Shown one piece after another: positions 19,040-29,047 of a stretch of 64,000 nucleotides of DNA. A model generated the notes under the pieces. It saw only the letters and a program-made list of their open reading frames with translations. It was not told where the DNA came from and did no database searches. The position numbers and the translations under genes are program-made. Positions within the stretch are counted from its first letter, which is position 1, and each line of letters opens with the position of its first letter. The DNA comes from Candidatus Multivorans sp. (GTDB taxonomy: Bacteria > Acidobacteriota > Thermoanaerobaculia > Multivoradales > Multivoraceae): NCBI GenBank assembly GCA_965247095.1, contig OZ251997.1, forward strand, positions 702,517-766,516, in the 5' to 3' direction.

Positions 19040-20251
19040 ATGACCAACCGATCCTCGAGAACCGCACCGGACTCCGCGGGTCGCGTCGCTGCCTGGAGGC
19101 AGCGGCGACCGTCAGGGCGCCCGGGCATCGGTGCGCTTTGCGCGATCGCGTTCCTGACCGTCCCGGCGTTTGGTGAGTTCGACGAGAGTTACCGTTTCGA
19201 CGCCGACTCTCTCTCGGTTTCCAGTCTGGTTGGCAAGGTGGAAATCAGGCAGGCGGCTGGGGATGAGTTTGAGGTGGAGGTGTCGGTCCGCGGCAGAGAC
19301 GGCACGCGTGAGAACATCAGACTCGACCAGGACACGCGTGGCTCGCGGGCTCAGCTGGCCGTCGAGTTCCCGGTCGACGAGGAGAGGCGGTACGTCTACC
19401 CCGAGTTCAGCCGTCGTTCGTCGAACCTGTGGTCGCGCCGGCAGAGCGGCTCCGACAGTCTGCTGGGCGAGATCCTGCGCTCCGTATCGGGCCGCCGCAT
19501 CCGGATCGAGCGGACGGGCAGCGGCCTGGAAGCGTGGGCCGATGTGACGATTCGCGTGCCGGAGGGCCGGGCGTTGAAGGTCGAGTTGGGAGCGGGCGAC
19601 ATCGATGTGTCCGACGTCGCTGCTGATCTGGACTTGAACACCAGAGCCGGCATGGCCGAAGCGGCCGGCCTCGTCGGCGACGTGGAGATCGGCGTCGGCA
19701 GTGGCGGGCTGGCGGTGCAGGACGTTCGCGGCCGGCTGGTCATGGACACCGGTAGCGGCAAGGCCCGTCTTGACCGCTTCGAGGGCGACACGCTCTCGAT
19801 CGACACCGGCAGCGGTTCGGTGGCGGTCACCGAGGTGTCGGCGAAGACGATCGACATCGACACCGGCAGTGGTGGCGTGACGGTCGACGGTGTGGAAGCC
19901 AAGTCGCTCTCGATCGACACCGGCAGCGGCAACGTCCGGATCGAGTCGGCGGGCGCCGACGCCGCGGTCATCGATACGGGCAGCGGCAGCGTTCACCTGG
20001 CTCTGGAGCGGATGGGCGACGGCGACTTCGAGATCGACACCGGTTCGGGCGGCATCGTCATGCTGGTTCCCGACGACCTCTCGGCCCGGTTCGACATCGA
20101 CATCGGCAGTGGCGGCATCGACGTCGACGTGCCGATCGCCAAGACGTTGCACAAGAGCCGGGGCGAGATGCGTTTCGTCGTCGGCGACGGCGCCGCGACC
20201 GTGGTCCTCGACACCGGCTCCGGCAGCGTGCGTGTCGCTAGCGTGCACTAG
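19040..20251 (+). CDS. DUF4097-family beta-strand repeat protein (putative adhesin-like)
   Basis: AAGGAGAG precedes ATG 19040. It has a signal/anchor segment. The C-terminal half holds about 8-10 tandem (I/V)DTGSG(S/G/N)V repeats, typical of DUF4097. Confidence 0.75.
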   Translation: MTNRSSRTAPDSAGRVAAWRQRRPSGRPGIGALCAIAFLTVPAFGEFDESYRFDADSLSVSSLVGKVEIRQAAGDEFEVEVSVRGRDGTRENIRLDQDTRGSRAQLAVEFPVDEERRYVYPEFSRRSSNLWSRRQSGSDSLLGEILRSVSGRRIRIERTGSGLEAWADVTIRVPEGRALKVELGAGDIDVSDVAADLDLNTRAGMAEAAGLVGDVEIGVGSGGLAVQDVRGRLVMDTGSGKARLDRFEGDTLSIDTGSGSVAVTEVSAKTIDIDTGSGGVTVDGVEAKSLSIDTGSGNVRIESAGADAAVIDTGSGSVHLALERMGDGDFEIDTGSGGIVMLVPDDLSARFDIDIGSGGIDVDVPIAKTLHKSRGEMRFVVGDGAATVVLDTGSGSVRVASVH

Positions 20252-20269
20252 TGGGCCGTACCCGGTCCA

Positions 20270-20761
20270 CTAGTCGCCGTTCAGGCCACTGACCCCCGCC
20301 ATTACGCAGACGATCCGCCACTCCCGGGCGGTGACCGGCTGAACCGACAGGCGTTGTCCCCGGCGCAGCAGGGCCATCCCTTCGAGGTCGGGACGCTGGC
20401 GCAGTTCGGCCAGGGTCACAGGCTCGTCGAACTTGCGCTCGAACTCGATGTCGACGAGGTACCAGCGGGGATTCTCCGGGTCCGACTTCGGGTCGTAGTG
20501 CGGATCGTCCGGATCGAACTGGGTCGGGTCCGGATACGACTCGCTGCACACGCGCGCCAGACCGGCCACGGCCGTCGGCTTGGCGTTCGAGTGGTAGTAG
20601 AGAACGCCGTCGCCGATCTTCATCCGATCGCGCATCAGGTTGCGGGCCTGGTAGTTGCGCACGCCGTCCCAGTAGGTCGTGCCGTCCCGTTCGAGGTCCT
20701 CGATGGAGTACGCGCCCGGCTCGCTTTTCATCAGCCAGTACTGGCGTGGCTCTTCGGTCAT
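20270..20761 (-). CDS. EVE (PUA-like) domain protein
   Basis: YWLMKSEPGAYSIEDL..WDGVRNYQARNLMRD.MKIGDGVLYYHSN matches the EVE/THYN1 family. GGAGA precedes ATG 20761. Confidence 0.85.
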   Translation of the reverse strand: MTEEPRQYWLMKSEPGAYSIEDLERDGTTYWDGVRNYQARNLMRDRMKIGDGVLYYHSNAKPTAVAGLARVCSESYPDPTQFDPDDPHYDPKSDPENPRWYLVDIEFERKFDEPVTLAELRQRPDLEGMALLRRGQRLSVQPVTAREWRIVCVMAGVSGLNGD

Positions 20762-21051
20762 GGGGGTCTCCTGGTCGTGGGCGTGAGCCCGTATTCTGCA
20801 CCGCTGCGGTCGGATGGTCGGATACCATCGCGGACAGTCATGGACGTGACGTTCGGGATCGGATAGCGCACCTGTTTCGGATCCGGGAGTCTCTCCATTT
20901 GCTCTTCCGGGACCTGGAAGTCGAGAACGAATGGCTGCGAGAGCCTCACGACCTTCTTGAAGGCAGGTCGCCGATGTCGTTGATGGTGGGCGGCTCAATG
21001 GAAGATCTGCTTCTGGTCAAAGAGTACGTGGACGAAGTTGCCGGGACGTAG
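20746..21051 (+). CDS. DUF2384-like (Xre/MbcA/ParS antitoxin C-terminal toxin-binding domain) protein, possibly a remnant
   Basis: The C-terminal ..ENEWLREPHDLLEGRSPMSLMVGGSMEDLLLVKEYVDEV follows the W-L-x-x-P-x-x-x-L-x-G-x-x-P DUF2384 pattern. The only upstream start is GTG 20746, which overlaps the divergent EVE start by 16 nt. No RES-type partner follows. Confidence 0.45.
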   Translation: MALRSWGSPGRGREPVFCTAAVGWSDTIADSHGRDVRDRIAHLFRIRESLHLLFRDLEVENEWLREPHDLLEGRSPMSLMVGGSMEDLLLVKEYVDEVAGT

Positions 21052-21331
21052 AACGACCCGGCTTCGGGCGACGTGAAATTTCGATGAGGGCGCTCCCCGT
21101 TCCGGACTTGGCCAGTGTCGACCCTGACGACGGCGGTGCGGCGACGGAGGCCGGATCTCCGGCGCCCCGTTCGATCTGGAACTCGACCAGTTTCGCGGTT
21201 CCGGTCTGCTGAGTGAGCTAGAGCAGGAGTTGCAGCAGGAGAGCCCCGTTGACACCGAGGAGAAAGCCGGGGCGCTGCTGCGGCTTCTGCATTTGACGGT
21301 GGGGGACGCGCCCCGGTCACCATGCCGCCGG

Positions 21332-22243
21332 CTACAGGATCCTGCGGCCGAAGAGAGAGCTCAGCAGGCCGAGGGCGAGCTGCGCGGTCTGGTTCCGGGT
21401 GTCGAGGATCGGGTTCACTTCGACCACGTCGACGGAACCGATGCCCCCGTTCTCGGCGATCAGCTCCATCAACAGGTGGCCCTCGCGGTAGCTCAGGCCG
21501 CCGGGCACCTGGGTGCCGACGCCCGGGGCTTCCCGGGGATCGATCGAGTCCATGTCCAGACTGACGTGGATCCGGTCCACATGGCGGAGCTGTTCGAGAG
21601 CCTCGGTGGCGAGCGTCGCCAGGCCCCGCTCGTCGATCTGGCGCATGGTGTAGGTCGTGATGCCGGCGTGCTGGATCAGGGCCAGCTCGCCGGGATCGAG
21701 GTCGCGGACGCCGAACAGGATGACGTCCTCCGGCCGGAGCTTGGCGCCGGGGCGACCGGCATCGACCAACTCCGGCGCGCCGTACCCGCACAGGGCGGCC
21801 AGGGGCATGCCGTGCAGGTTGCCGGTGGGCGAGGTGTCGGGGGTGTTGAAGTCGCCGTGGGCGTCGATCCAGAGGACGCCGGTACGGTGCTCGTGCGAGA
21901 CGCCGCCGACCGTGCCGACGGCGATCGAGTGGTCGCCGCCGAGGACGAGCGGCACGGCGCCGTCGGCCACCGCCTGCCGACTGGCCTCGTAGATGCGCTC
22001 GCAGGCGTCGACGACCGGCTGCAGGAAGGCCATTCCGGGCTCGGGCGACAGGGTGTCCCGCTCGACCGTTTCGATGTTGCCCCGGTCCTCGACCTGGTAG
22101 CCGAGCCGCGTCAGGGCGGACTTGAGACCCGCGTAGCGGAGCGCGGTGGGTCCCAGGTCGACTCCGCGACGCGACTGTCCCAGGTCGAGCGGTGCGCCGA
22201 CGATGCGGATCGTTGTCTGGGTGGCTGCGGCCGGGGTCGGCAT
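21332..22243 (-). CDS. rocF: arginase
   Basis: Ureohydrolase Mn-binding motifs: LVLGGDHSIAVG, WIDAHGDFNTP, SLDMDSIDP, and GGLSYREGH. Confidence 0.9.
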   Translation of the reverse strand: MPTPAAATQTTIRIVGAPLDLGQSRRGVDLGPTALRYAGLKSALTRLGYQVEDRGNIETVERDTLSPEPGMAFLQPVVDACERIYEASRQAVADGAVPLVLGGDHSIAVGTVGGVSHEHRTGVLWIDAHGDFNTPDTSPTGNLHGMPLAALCGYGAPELVDAGRPGAKLRPEDVILFGVRDLDPGELALIQHAGITTYTMRQIDERGLATLATEALEQLRHVDRIHVSLDMDSIDPREAPGVGTQVPGGLSYREGHLLMELIAENGGIGSVDVVEVNPILDTRNQTAQLALGLLSSLFGRRIL

Positions 22244-22265
22244 GGTGTGACGGTAGCAACCCGGG

Positions 22266-22325
22266 CGGCGCGTTTCGCGCCGGCCGCGACCCAGCCCGTG
22301 CGCCCGTCATCGGGCGCACGGATGG
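22266..22325 (+). repeat. REP1: bipartite two-hairpin palindromic repeat, intergenic copy
   Basis: CGGCGCG-TTT-CGCGCCG is followed by CCGTGCGCCCG-TCAT-CGGGCGCACGG-ATGG. The same second hairpin occurs at 41811-41843 and 42743-42775. Confidence 0.8.
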
Positions 22326-22480
22326 AACCGAGCGCGCCGCCCCGATTCCGGCCGGGCGCAACGCCCCGAAACGCCTCGCAAGCTCGGAGTTTCGGCCCAT
22401 CCCGTCCTCCCCATGACCTTCCGCCGCGGGACTTGCCTTGCTGCGTCCTGCGGCGCAAGCTCATAGGATGCGGAGCGCGC

Positions 22481-24271
22481 ATGTCTGTCCGTAACTTCTG
22501 CATCATCGCTCACGTCGACCACGGCAAGTCGACGCTCGCCGACCGGCTGATCCAGCACTGCGGCGCGGTGGAGGATCGCCACTTCCGGGACCAGATCCTG
22601 GACTCGATGGACATCGAACGCGAGCGGGGGATCACGATCAAGAGCAACACGGTGACCCTGCGGCATCAGGACGCCGAGGGCCGGTTCTGCCGCCTGAACC
22701 TGATCGACACGCCGGGCCATGTCGACTTCTCGCACGAGGTGCGGCGGTCGCTCATGTCCTGCGAAGGGGCGCTGCTGCTGATCGACGCCTCCCAGGGCGT
22801 CGAGGCGCAGACGGTCGCCAATCTCTACCTGGCGCTCGAGTACGACCTCACGATCATCCCCGTGATCAACAAGATCGACCTTCCCTCAGCGGATATCGAC
22901 CGGGTGCTGGAGGAGATCGAGAGCGACCTGGGCCTGGACCCGTTCGAGGCGGTGCTGTGCTCGGCCAAGACCGGCGAGGGTGTGGACAGGGTCCTGGACG
23001 CGATCACGGCCCGGTTGCCGCCGCCGTCGGGCGCCCTGGAAGCCCCGCTCAAGGCACTGGTGTTCGACGCCCAGTACGACCCGTACCGCGGCGTCGTGCT
23101 GCTGGTGCGGGTGCGCGACGGCCGGCTGCGGCCGAAGCAGAAAGTGCGCCTGATGCACACGGGCAGCGAACACGACGTCGAAGAGGTGGGGACCCTGCTG
23201 CTCAAGCGGCGGCAGAGCGAGGAGCTCGAGGCAGGGGCGGTGGGCTACGTGATCGCCGGGATCCGGAACATCTCGGAAGTCGACATCGGCGACACGATCA
23301 CGACCGCGGCCAACGGCGCCGCCGAACCGATCCCCGGGTATCGCGAGGCGAAGCCGGTGGTCTTCTCATCGATGTACCCGGTATCGAGCAACAACTACGA
23401 GGACCTGACTCACGCGCTTGAGAAGCTGGCTCTGAACGATGCCGCGCTGACCTACGACAAGGACGCATCTTCGGCCCTCGGCTTCGGCTTCCGCTGTGGC
23501 TTTCTGGGCCTGCTGCACCTGGACGTCGTGCAGGAGCGCCTGGAGCGCGAGTATGGGCTGTCCCTGGTGCTGTCGGCGCCTTCTGTGCAGTACCTGGTGG
23601 AGATGTCGGACGGTTCGACGCGACGGATCGACAATCCGTCGGCGTATCCGGACCCATCGGAGATCGCGAGCGTGGCCGAGCCGTTCATCAAGGCCTCGAT
23701 CATGCTGCCGGAGCGCTACCTCGGGGCGGTCATGGAGCTCTGCCTGGAGCGCCGCGGCGGCAAGACGAACATCCATTACCTGGCAGTGGGACGGGTCGAA
23801 CTGACCTGCGAGCTGCCGCTCGCCGAAGTGCTCTTCGACTTCTACGACCGCTTGAAGACCGTGACCCAGGGGTACGGTTCGTTCGACTACGAACTCATCG
23901 AGTCACGGGTAGCCGACCTGGTCAAGGTCGATATCCTCGTCAACGGCGAGCGGGTCGACGCCCTGTCCCAACTTGTGCACCGGGACAAGGCGCGTCGGCG
24001 GGCCTTGCGCTACTGCGAGCGCCTCAAGGACACCATTCCGCGCCAGCAGTTCAAGATCGCGATCCAGGGCGCCATCGGCGGCCAGATCATCGCCCGCGCC
24101 ACGATCACGGCATACCGCAAGGACGTCACCGCCAAGTGCTACGGCGGCGACATCACCCGCAAGCGGAAGCTGCTCGAGAAGCAGCGCGAGGGCAAGAAGC
24201 GCATGAAGCGCGTCGGCTCCGTCGACATCCCCCAGGAAGCGTTCGTCTCGGTGCTGCGCAGCGACAACTAG
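22481..24271 (+). CDS. lepA: translation elongation factor 4 (LepA)
   Basis: MSVRNFCIIAHVDHGKSTLADRL..LIDTPGHVDF..INKIDLP.. is present, and the C-terminal LepA domain ends ..IPQEAF. The tracked ORF from 21230 is an antisense extension over arginase. Confidence 0.95.
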   Translation: MSVRNFCIIAHVDHGKSTLADRLIQHCGAVEDRHFRDQILDSMDIERERGITIKSNTVTLRHQDAEGRFCRLNLIDTPGHVDFSHEVRRSLMSCEGALLLIDASQGVEAQTVANLYLALEYDLTIIPVINKIDLPSADIDRVLEEIESDLGLDPFEAVLCSAKTGEGVDRVLDAITARLPPPSGALEAPLKALVFDAQYDPYRGVVLLVRVRDGRLRPKQKVRLMHTGSEHDVEEVGTLLLKRRQSEELEAGAVGYVIAGIRNISEVDIGDTITTAANGAAEPIPGYREAKPVVFSSMYPVSSNNYEDLTHALEKLALNDAALTYDKDASSALGFGFRCGFLGLLHLDVVQERLEREYGLSLVLSAPSVQYLVEMSDGSTRRIDNPSAYPDPSEIASVAEPFIKASIMLPERYLGAVMELCLERRGGKTNIHYLAVGRVELTCELPLAEVLFDFYDRLKTVTQGYGSFDYELIESRVADLVKVDILVNGERVDALSQLVHRDKARRRALRYCERLKDTIPRQQFKIAIQGAIGGQIIARATITAYRKDVTAKCYGGDITRKRKLLEKQREGKKRMKRVGSVDIPQEAFVSVLRSDN

Positions 24272-24316
24272 CGGGGGCGGCGCGGACGGCGTGCCAGTCC
24301 TGAACTCGCGGCGCTG

Positions 24317-26242
24317 TTAGTCCGCGTTGTACCAGATGGGGGAGGACCAGGCGCGTTCCTGGAGGGTCGGCGAGATGTCCTGGCGCGGCTCGACGCCGGC
24401 GCGCAGAGCGTCCCAGGTCGACCAGCGGCAGGTGGGGTTCTCGAGTGCGCGGACGTAGTAGAAGGCGCGCTCGGAGGCGTCGAAGTCGGGGTCGGTCCAG
24501 ACCGCCTTCAGTTCGTCGGCGCCGGCGTCGGCGCTGATGTCGCACGTCGCGAGGTCGACCATTGCACCGTTGTCGGGGCAGCGGTTGGTGGCCGGGTCCA
24601 CCTCGTTGCCGTCAGAGCAGGCGACGTCGTAGACGACCTCGGCGCCTTCGCCGTCCCGCGAGGATCCCTTGATCACCTGCAGTCGCTGCAGCGGCGCCCC
24701 CATCGAATCGCGCATGGCGATGACAGCGAACGTCGGCGCCGGGCCGGCATCGGTGACCAGCAGGTCGCCGCCCATGGGCACTCCCTCGGCGTAGGCCTTG
24801 GTCAGGAACTCGGCGTCGTCCAGGTCGCCGTCTGCGAAGTCGCCGGCGAAGAAGCGGATCTTGATGCGCGGGCCGGAGGTGGCGAAGGTCTCCTTGCGCC
24901 GCATCGCGTCGAAGATCGCCGCGCGGGTGTTCTCCTCGGCCCACACGCCGGCAAGGCCGGAGGCGCCCCAAGTGTAGTAGTAGGTGTCGCGGAAGGTGCG
25001 GCCCGAGCCGTCGCCGGTGCGCATCGACGCGTCCGACTGCTGGGTCGCATCGCCCAGCGTCTGGTTCGCGCCGGTGCCGGGAACGGAGCCGCGAAGCTGG
25101 GGCTCGGCGTCCAGGATCCCGACCTTGGACCAGTAGTTGTCCTCCTCGAACGAGCCGGCGGAGACGTGCGTGTCGCTGGCGCCGATGAGGCCGAACTTGT
25201 ATGGGTTCATCAGGCCGTCGTCGGCGAGCCGGAGCCCCCGGATCAGGGCGTCGCGGACGTAGCTGCCCGGTGGGTCGCTGATGATCGTGGTGGCGATCTT
25301 GTACGGCATGATCTCGAAGTCGGCCCATTCGTCGTTGGGCGACAGCGCCGGATGGGTGTCCGAGGTGCCCTTGACCTGGGTCATCTCGACGATCGGTTCG
25401 TTGCGCATCCGGACGTCGGAGTATTCGTCGTCGAAGGGATCGCCGTAGAACTTCTCCATCTCGAACATGCGGCCGCCGGAGCCGTTCGAGTTGTGTGGAA
25501 TGGCGAGAGCCTCGATCCCCTGGTCCCGCCAACCGTCCATCGCGGCCCAGAGGTCCTCGGGGTTCTGCGAATCGAGCCGGCTGAACGGAGCGTCCGGGTG
25601 CTCGGAACCGCGGAAGATCACGTTGCGGTGCAGGTTGTCCCGTTCGTAGCCCGACGACGTGAATTCGTAGCCGATGAAGGCGGTGAAGTTGCCCGGGTCG
25701 TTGTGCGCTTCGGCGGCCTCGACGATCTTCGACCAGGCGCCGCGCACGACTTCCATGTTCAGATGTTCCTCGGTGCCCGGGTCGCCGCGCAGGTAGGGGC
25801 CCATGCCGACGAAGATGCCGCGGCGCTCGTCGGCCTCCTCGGCCACGCGCAGGTCGGCGGCGATCGGGTGCCCGTAGACCGGGGAATCCTCCTCGGTCAT
25901 CGCCGGCAGCATCCCCAGGTACATGCCGTGGTCGGCGACGGCCTGGAAGTCGAGCGGCCGGTCGAGCTGCATGTCGAAGCCGGCCGGATGCTTGATCGTT
26001 CCGCCCTTGGCGAACTCGTAGGCGTCGTTCGGGTCCGTGGTGGTGCCGAAGATGAAGGCGTCGAAGGAGTAGCGGGTGTGGACATGGAGGTCGCCGAAGT
26101 AGGCGTTCCGGGTCGGGTTCGGCCCGTCGGACGTACCGGCTGTCGCCGCCTCGTCGCCGCCGGCATCGTCGCTCGGGCTGCAGGCGCCAAGCAGGAAGGC
26201 GGCAAACGCCGTTATTGCCGCGGCCATCGTCAGCTTCTTCAT
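24317..26242 (-). CDS. DUF3604-family (PHP-like metal-dependent) secreted lipoprotein
   Basis: GAGGAGA precedes ATG 26242. The lipobox is FLLGAC. The YFGDLHVHTRYSFDAF motif and overall layout are typical of DUF3604. Confidence 0.8.
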   Translation of the reverse strand: MKKLTMAAAITAFAAFLLGACSPSDDAGGDEAATAGTSDGPNPTRNAYFGDLHVHTRYSFDAFIFGTTTDPNDAYEFAKGGTIKHPAGFDMQLDRPLDFQAVADHGMYLGMLPAMTEEDSPVYGHPIAADLRVAEEADERRGIFVGMGPYLRGDPGTEEHLNMEVVRGAWSKIVEAAEAHNDPGNFTAFIGYEFTSSGYERDNLHRNVIFRGSEHPDAPFSRLDSQNPEDLWAAMDGWRDQGIEALAIPHNSNGSGGRMFEMEKFYGDPFDDEYSDVRMRNEPIVEMTQVKGTSDTHPALSPNDEWADFEIMPYKIATTIISDPPGSYVRDALIRGLRLADDGLMNPYKFGLIGASDTHVSAGSFEEDNYWSKVGILDAEPQLRGSVPGTGANQTLGDATQQSDASMRTGDGSGRTFRDTYYYTWGASGLAGVWAEENTRAAIFDAMRRKETFATSGPRIKIRFFAGDFADGDLDDAEFLTKAYAEGVPMGGDLLVTDAGPAPTFAVIAMRDSMGAPLQRLQVIKGSSRDGEGAEVVYDVACSDGNEVDPATNRCPDNGAMVDLATCDISADAGADELKAVWTDPDFDASERAFYYVRALENPTCRWSTWDALRAGVEPRQDISPTLQERAWSSPIWYNAD

Positions 26243-26328
26243 CGGGGTCTCCTCAAGAGCGGTGTTGTGACAGTCTACAATCGTTGTTTGAGTTTTCCAG
26301 GTTGCGGATCGCGAAGGGAGGTCTCGTT

Positions 26329-28914
26329 GTGCGGAAACTGACGGCCGGACTCGTTCTTGTCACCGCGAGTGTGTTGGTGGCGGCATCGCCGGCCGCCGCG
26401 GTCGAGTTGGACGCGGACTTGAGAGCCCGCGTCGATGCCCTGATTGCGGAGGTCGACCGCTCACCGACCACCGCCGCCAACATCGCCGAGCGGATGCCGG
26501 TGCTCTGGGAATGGGCGAACGCCGTTTCGCTCCAGGGCGCCTTCGTGCCCAAGAACCTGCCCCTGGTGGCGTTCTACGGTCCGTTTCCCAGACCGGGCAC
26601 GGAACCGTCGCCGTTCCAGGTCGAGGCCGTCGACGACTACGTGCGGCAGCTTGCCTGGTTGGACGAGGACGATGCGGCCCTGGGTACGGTCGCGCGAACG
26701 GGATCGGCGGTGTTCGAGGCGCGCAGTTGGGCGACGATCGAGGTCGTCTACACGGTCGGTTCGCTCGGCATGAGCGAGGGCGGCGGCCTGGTCGTCTCGA
26801 CCCAGGGCGCCGGCGGCTACGGGCTGCTTCAGTCCACGGACCCCGCCGGCGACCACTACGTCTCCGCTCGGGTGAGCCGGGATGGGATCAGCCTGGAACA
26901 GGACACGCACCCGATCTGGGGTCCTTACGGCGGCTTCCGGAGTCCGGTCGGTTTCCCGACTTTTCGGGTTCGCGGCGGGGATTTGTCGGCCGGCGACACG
27001 ATCACCCTGACCTACGGCGGCACGAGCGGCGGCGGCCGGGGGCTCGCCGTCGGTGAATTCAGCAACGACCGGATCGCCCTGCCGCTCCACGTCGACCCGG
27101 GCGGCGGCCGGGTCTACGAGTTGGCGCCGGCGACGTTTGAGGTGGTGGGCGGCGCGGCGGAGCGGGTTCACGGCTTCGCCCCGTCCATCGTCGGCGACGG
27201 CGAGACGTTCGTCATCTCGGTGCGCAGCGAGGACCGCCGCTACAACCGGGCGACCCGGGACATTCCCGACCTTCAGGTGTTCCGCGACGGGGAGCAGGTG
27301 GGTGAATTGCCGGCGGGTCAGGCGATCCACCTGATGGAGGTCACGGCGGAGGGAGAGGGGGTCCACCGCTACACCTTCCGTAGCCCGGACGGGGCGGTGA
27401 CGGGCGCCGCCAATCCCGTATGGGTGAGGGCGGAACCCGAACACCGCCTCTACTGGGGCGAAACCCACGGCCACTCCGGATTCGCCGAGGGGCAGGGCAC
27501 GCCCGAGGGGTACTTCGGCTTCGCCCGGGACGACGCCCGGCTCGACTTCGTGACCCTGAGCGAGCACGACCTGTGGCTGACCGACGGTCTTTGGCAGCAG
27601 ATGACCGACGCGGTACTCGAGTACCACCGCGAGGGAGAGCTTCTCGTCTTCGCCGGCTACGAGTGGACTTCGCCGCGGCAACGCGGCGGCCACCACAACG
27701 TGTTCTTCCGGCGCGCCGACATGCGGCGGGTCGGTGTCCAGGTCGCGCCCGACCTGTCCGCGCTCTACCGGGGCCTGCGCGCCGAGTACGACACGGACGA
27801 CGTCCTGATCATCCCGCATGCGCACCAGAACGGCGACTGGCGGCAGAACGACTTCCAGATGGAGAACCTGATCGAGATCATGTCCGGCCACGGCACCTTC
27901 GAGTGGTTCGGCAGCCGCTACCTCGAGCAGGGCTTTCGGGTCGGCTTCGTGTCGGCCTCGGACGACCACCGCGGGCATCCGGGCTACTCGCCCGGTCACC
28001 AGGCCGGGGCTTCCGGGCGACGGTCGAACATCTTCCAGTTCGGCGGTCTCGCGGCCGCCTGGGCGCCGGCCCGCACCACGGACGCGGTGTTCGGGGCGCT
28101 CAAGGCGCGCCGGGCGTACGCGACGACCGGGGCGCAACGAATCGTGCTCGACGCGCGGCTGAACGGCGCGCCGATGGGCAGTGAACTGGACCAGACGGAC
28201 CGCCGCGTGCTGGAAGGTCGGGCCATCGGCACGGCGCCGATCCGCCGCGTCGACCTGATCCGCAACGGCGAGGTGGTGGCCACCTTCGACAGCCGCGGCG
28301 CCGGTGGTTCGGCGTTGCCGGAGGGCCAGTTCGAGGCCCTGGTCAGCTTCTTCTCCGAGACCTGGGTGGACATCCGGGACAACCCGCGCGGTCAGCGCCC
28401 CTGGTCGGGCGGCGTGACGGTCGAGGGCGCCAACGTGGTGAGCGGCAGGCTGACCGGTACGCCGCTGCCGGCCGACCGCTTCAGCGTCGACGGCAACGGC
28501 GCCCGCTTCGACGTGACCACCCGCGGCTCGCGCCGCTCCTTCGCCCTGGTGCTGGCGGGCGATCCGTCGGAGGTCCGGCTCAACTTCGAGATCGACGCCG
28601 GGTTCGAGTACGGCACGGCGCCGACCCAGGTGCGGACTCCGCAACAGTTCGCCGCCGCCGGCTTCACCCTGGCCTTGCCTGAAGACCCCGGGACAGGGTC
28701 GGCCTCCCGCGGGGGCAACGAGCACGTGTTCCATGAGGGCGACTACCGCGACAGCGTGCGGGTCGACCTCCTCGAGGGCCTGCGTGACGACGTGACCTTC
28801 CGCTTCACCGACTTCGGCGACCAGGAGGACTGGTACTACCTGCGCGTCGAGCAGATCGACGGCCACCTCGCGTGGTCGAGCCCATGGTGGGTCGGCGGCG
28901 AGAAGCCGCGCTAG
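26329..28914 (+). CDS. large secreted protein with central DUF3604/PHP-like domain
   Basis: GAAGGGAGG precedes GTG 26329. It has a signal peptide (..VLVAASPAAAVE). The central region reads YWGETHGHSGFAEGQG..DFVTLSEHD..IPHAHQNGDW..SASDDHRGHPG. Confidence 0.75.
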   Translation: MRKLTAGLVLVTASVLVAASPAAAVELDADLRARVDALIAEVDRSPTTAANIAERMPVLWEWANAVSLQGAFVPKNLPLVAFYGPFPRPGTEPSPFQVEAVDDYVRQLAWLDEDDAALGTVARTGSAVFEARSWATIEVVYTVGSLGMSEGGGLVVSTQGAGGYGLLQSTDPAGDHYVSARVSRDGISLEQDTHPIWGPYGGFRSPVGFPTFRVRGGDLSAGDTITLTYGGTSGGGRGLAVGEFSNDRIALPLHVDPGGGRVYELAPATFEVVGGAAERVHGFAPSIVGDGETFVISVRSEDRRYNRATRDIPDLQVFRDGEQVGELPAGQAIHLMEVTAEGEGVHRYTFRSPDGAVTGAANPVWVRAEPEHRLYWGETHGHSGFAEGQGTPEGYFGFARDDARLDFVTLSEHDLWLTDGLWQQMTDAVLEYHREGELLVFAGYEWTSPRQRGGHHNVFFRRADMRRVGVQVAPDLSALYRGLRAEYDTDDVLIIPHAHQNGDWRQNDFQMENLIEIMSGHGTFEWFGSRYLEQGFRVGFVSASDDHRGHPGYSPGHQAGASGRRSNIFQFGGLAAAWAPARTTDAVFGALKARRAYATTGAQRIVLDARLNGAPMGSELDQTDRRVLEGRAIGTAPIRRVDLIRNGEVVATFDSRGAGGSALPEGQFEALVSFFSETWVDIRDNPRGQRPWSGGVTVEGANVVSGRLTGTPLPADRFSVDGNGARFDVTTRGSRRSFALVLAGDPSEVRLNFEIDAGFEYGTAPTQVRTPQQFAAAGFTLALPEDPGTGSASRGGNEHVFHEGDYRDSVRVDLLEGLRDDVTFRFTDFGDQEDWYYLRVEQIDGHLAWSSPWWVGGEKPR

Positions 28915-29047
28915 TCGGCGGCGGCGCCGTCGGTGGTACCCGCCGGCCCGGGGGCCTGTAGGGAGGGTCCCTGCGGCCGTCACGTGAGCGTCGGCGGCGG
29001 TAGGGTTCAGCGGTGGCCGGCACTGGGGCAACTCGTTTGGGATCGGT

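Noticed and set aside
21080-21220. A 42-codon frame (MRALPVPDLASVDPDDGGAATEAGSPAPRSIWNSTSFAVPVC*) considered as a truncated RES-domain toxin downstream of the DUF2384 ORF.
   Set aside because: The only resemblance is a W-N-S tripeptide to the RES GRWN motif. It is far too short and no R/E/S catalytic context is visible. It is mentioned only as a possible relic.
21230-22480. An N-terminal 417-codon extension of the lepA ORF in the track.
   Set aside because: It is antisense to the well-supported arginase gene and has no LepA similarity. The canonical LepA N-terminus (MSVRNFCIIAHVDHGKST) begins at ATG 22481.
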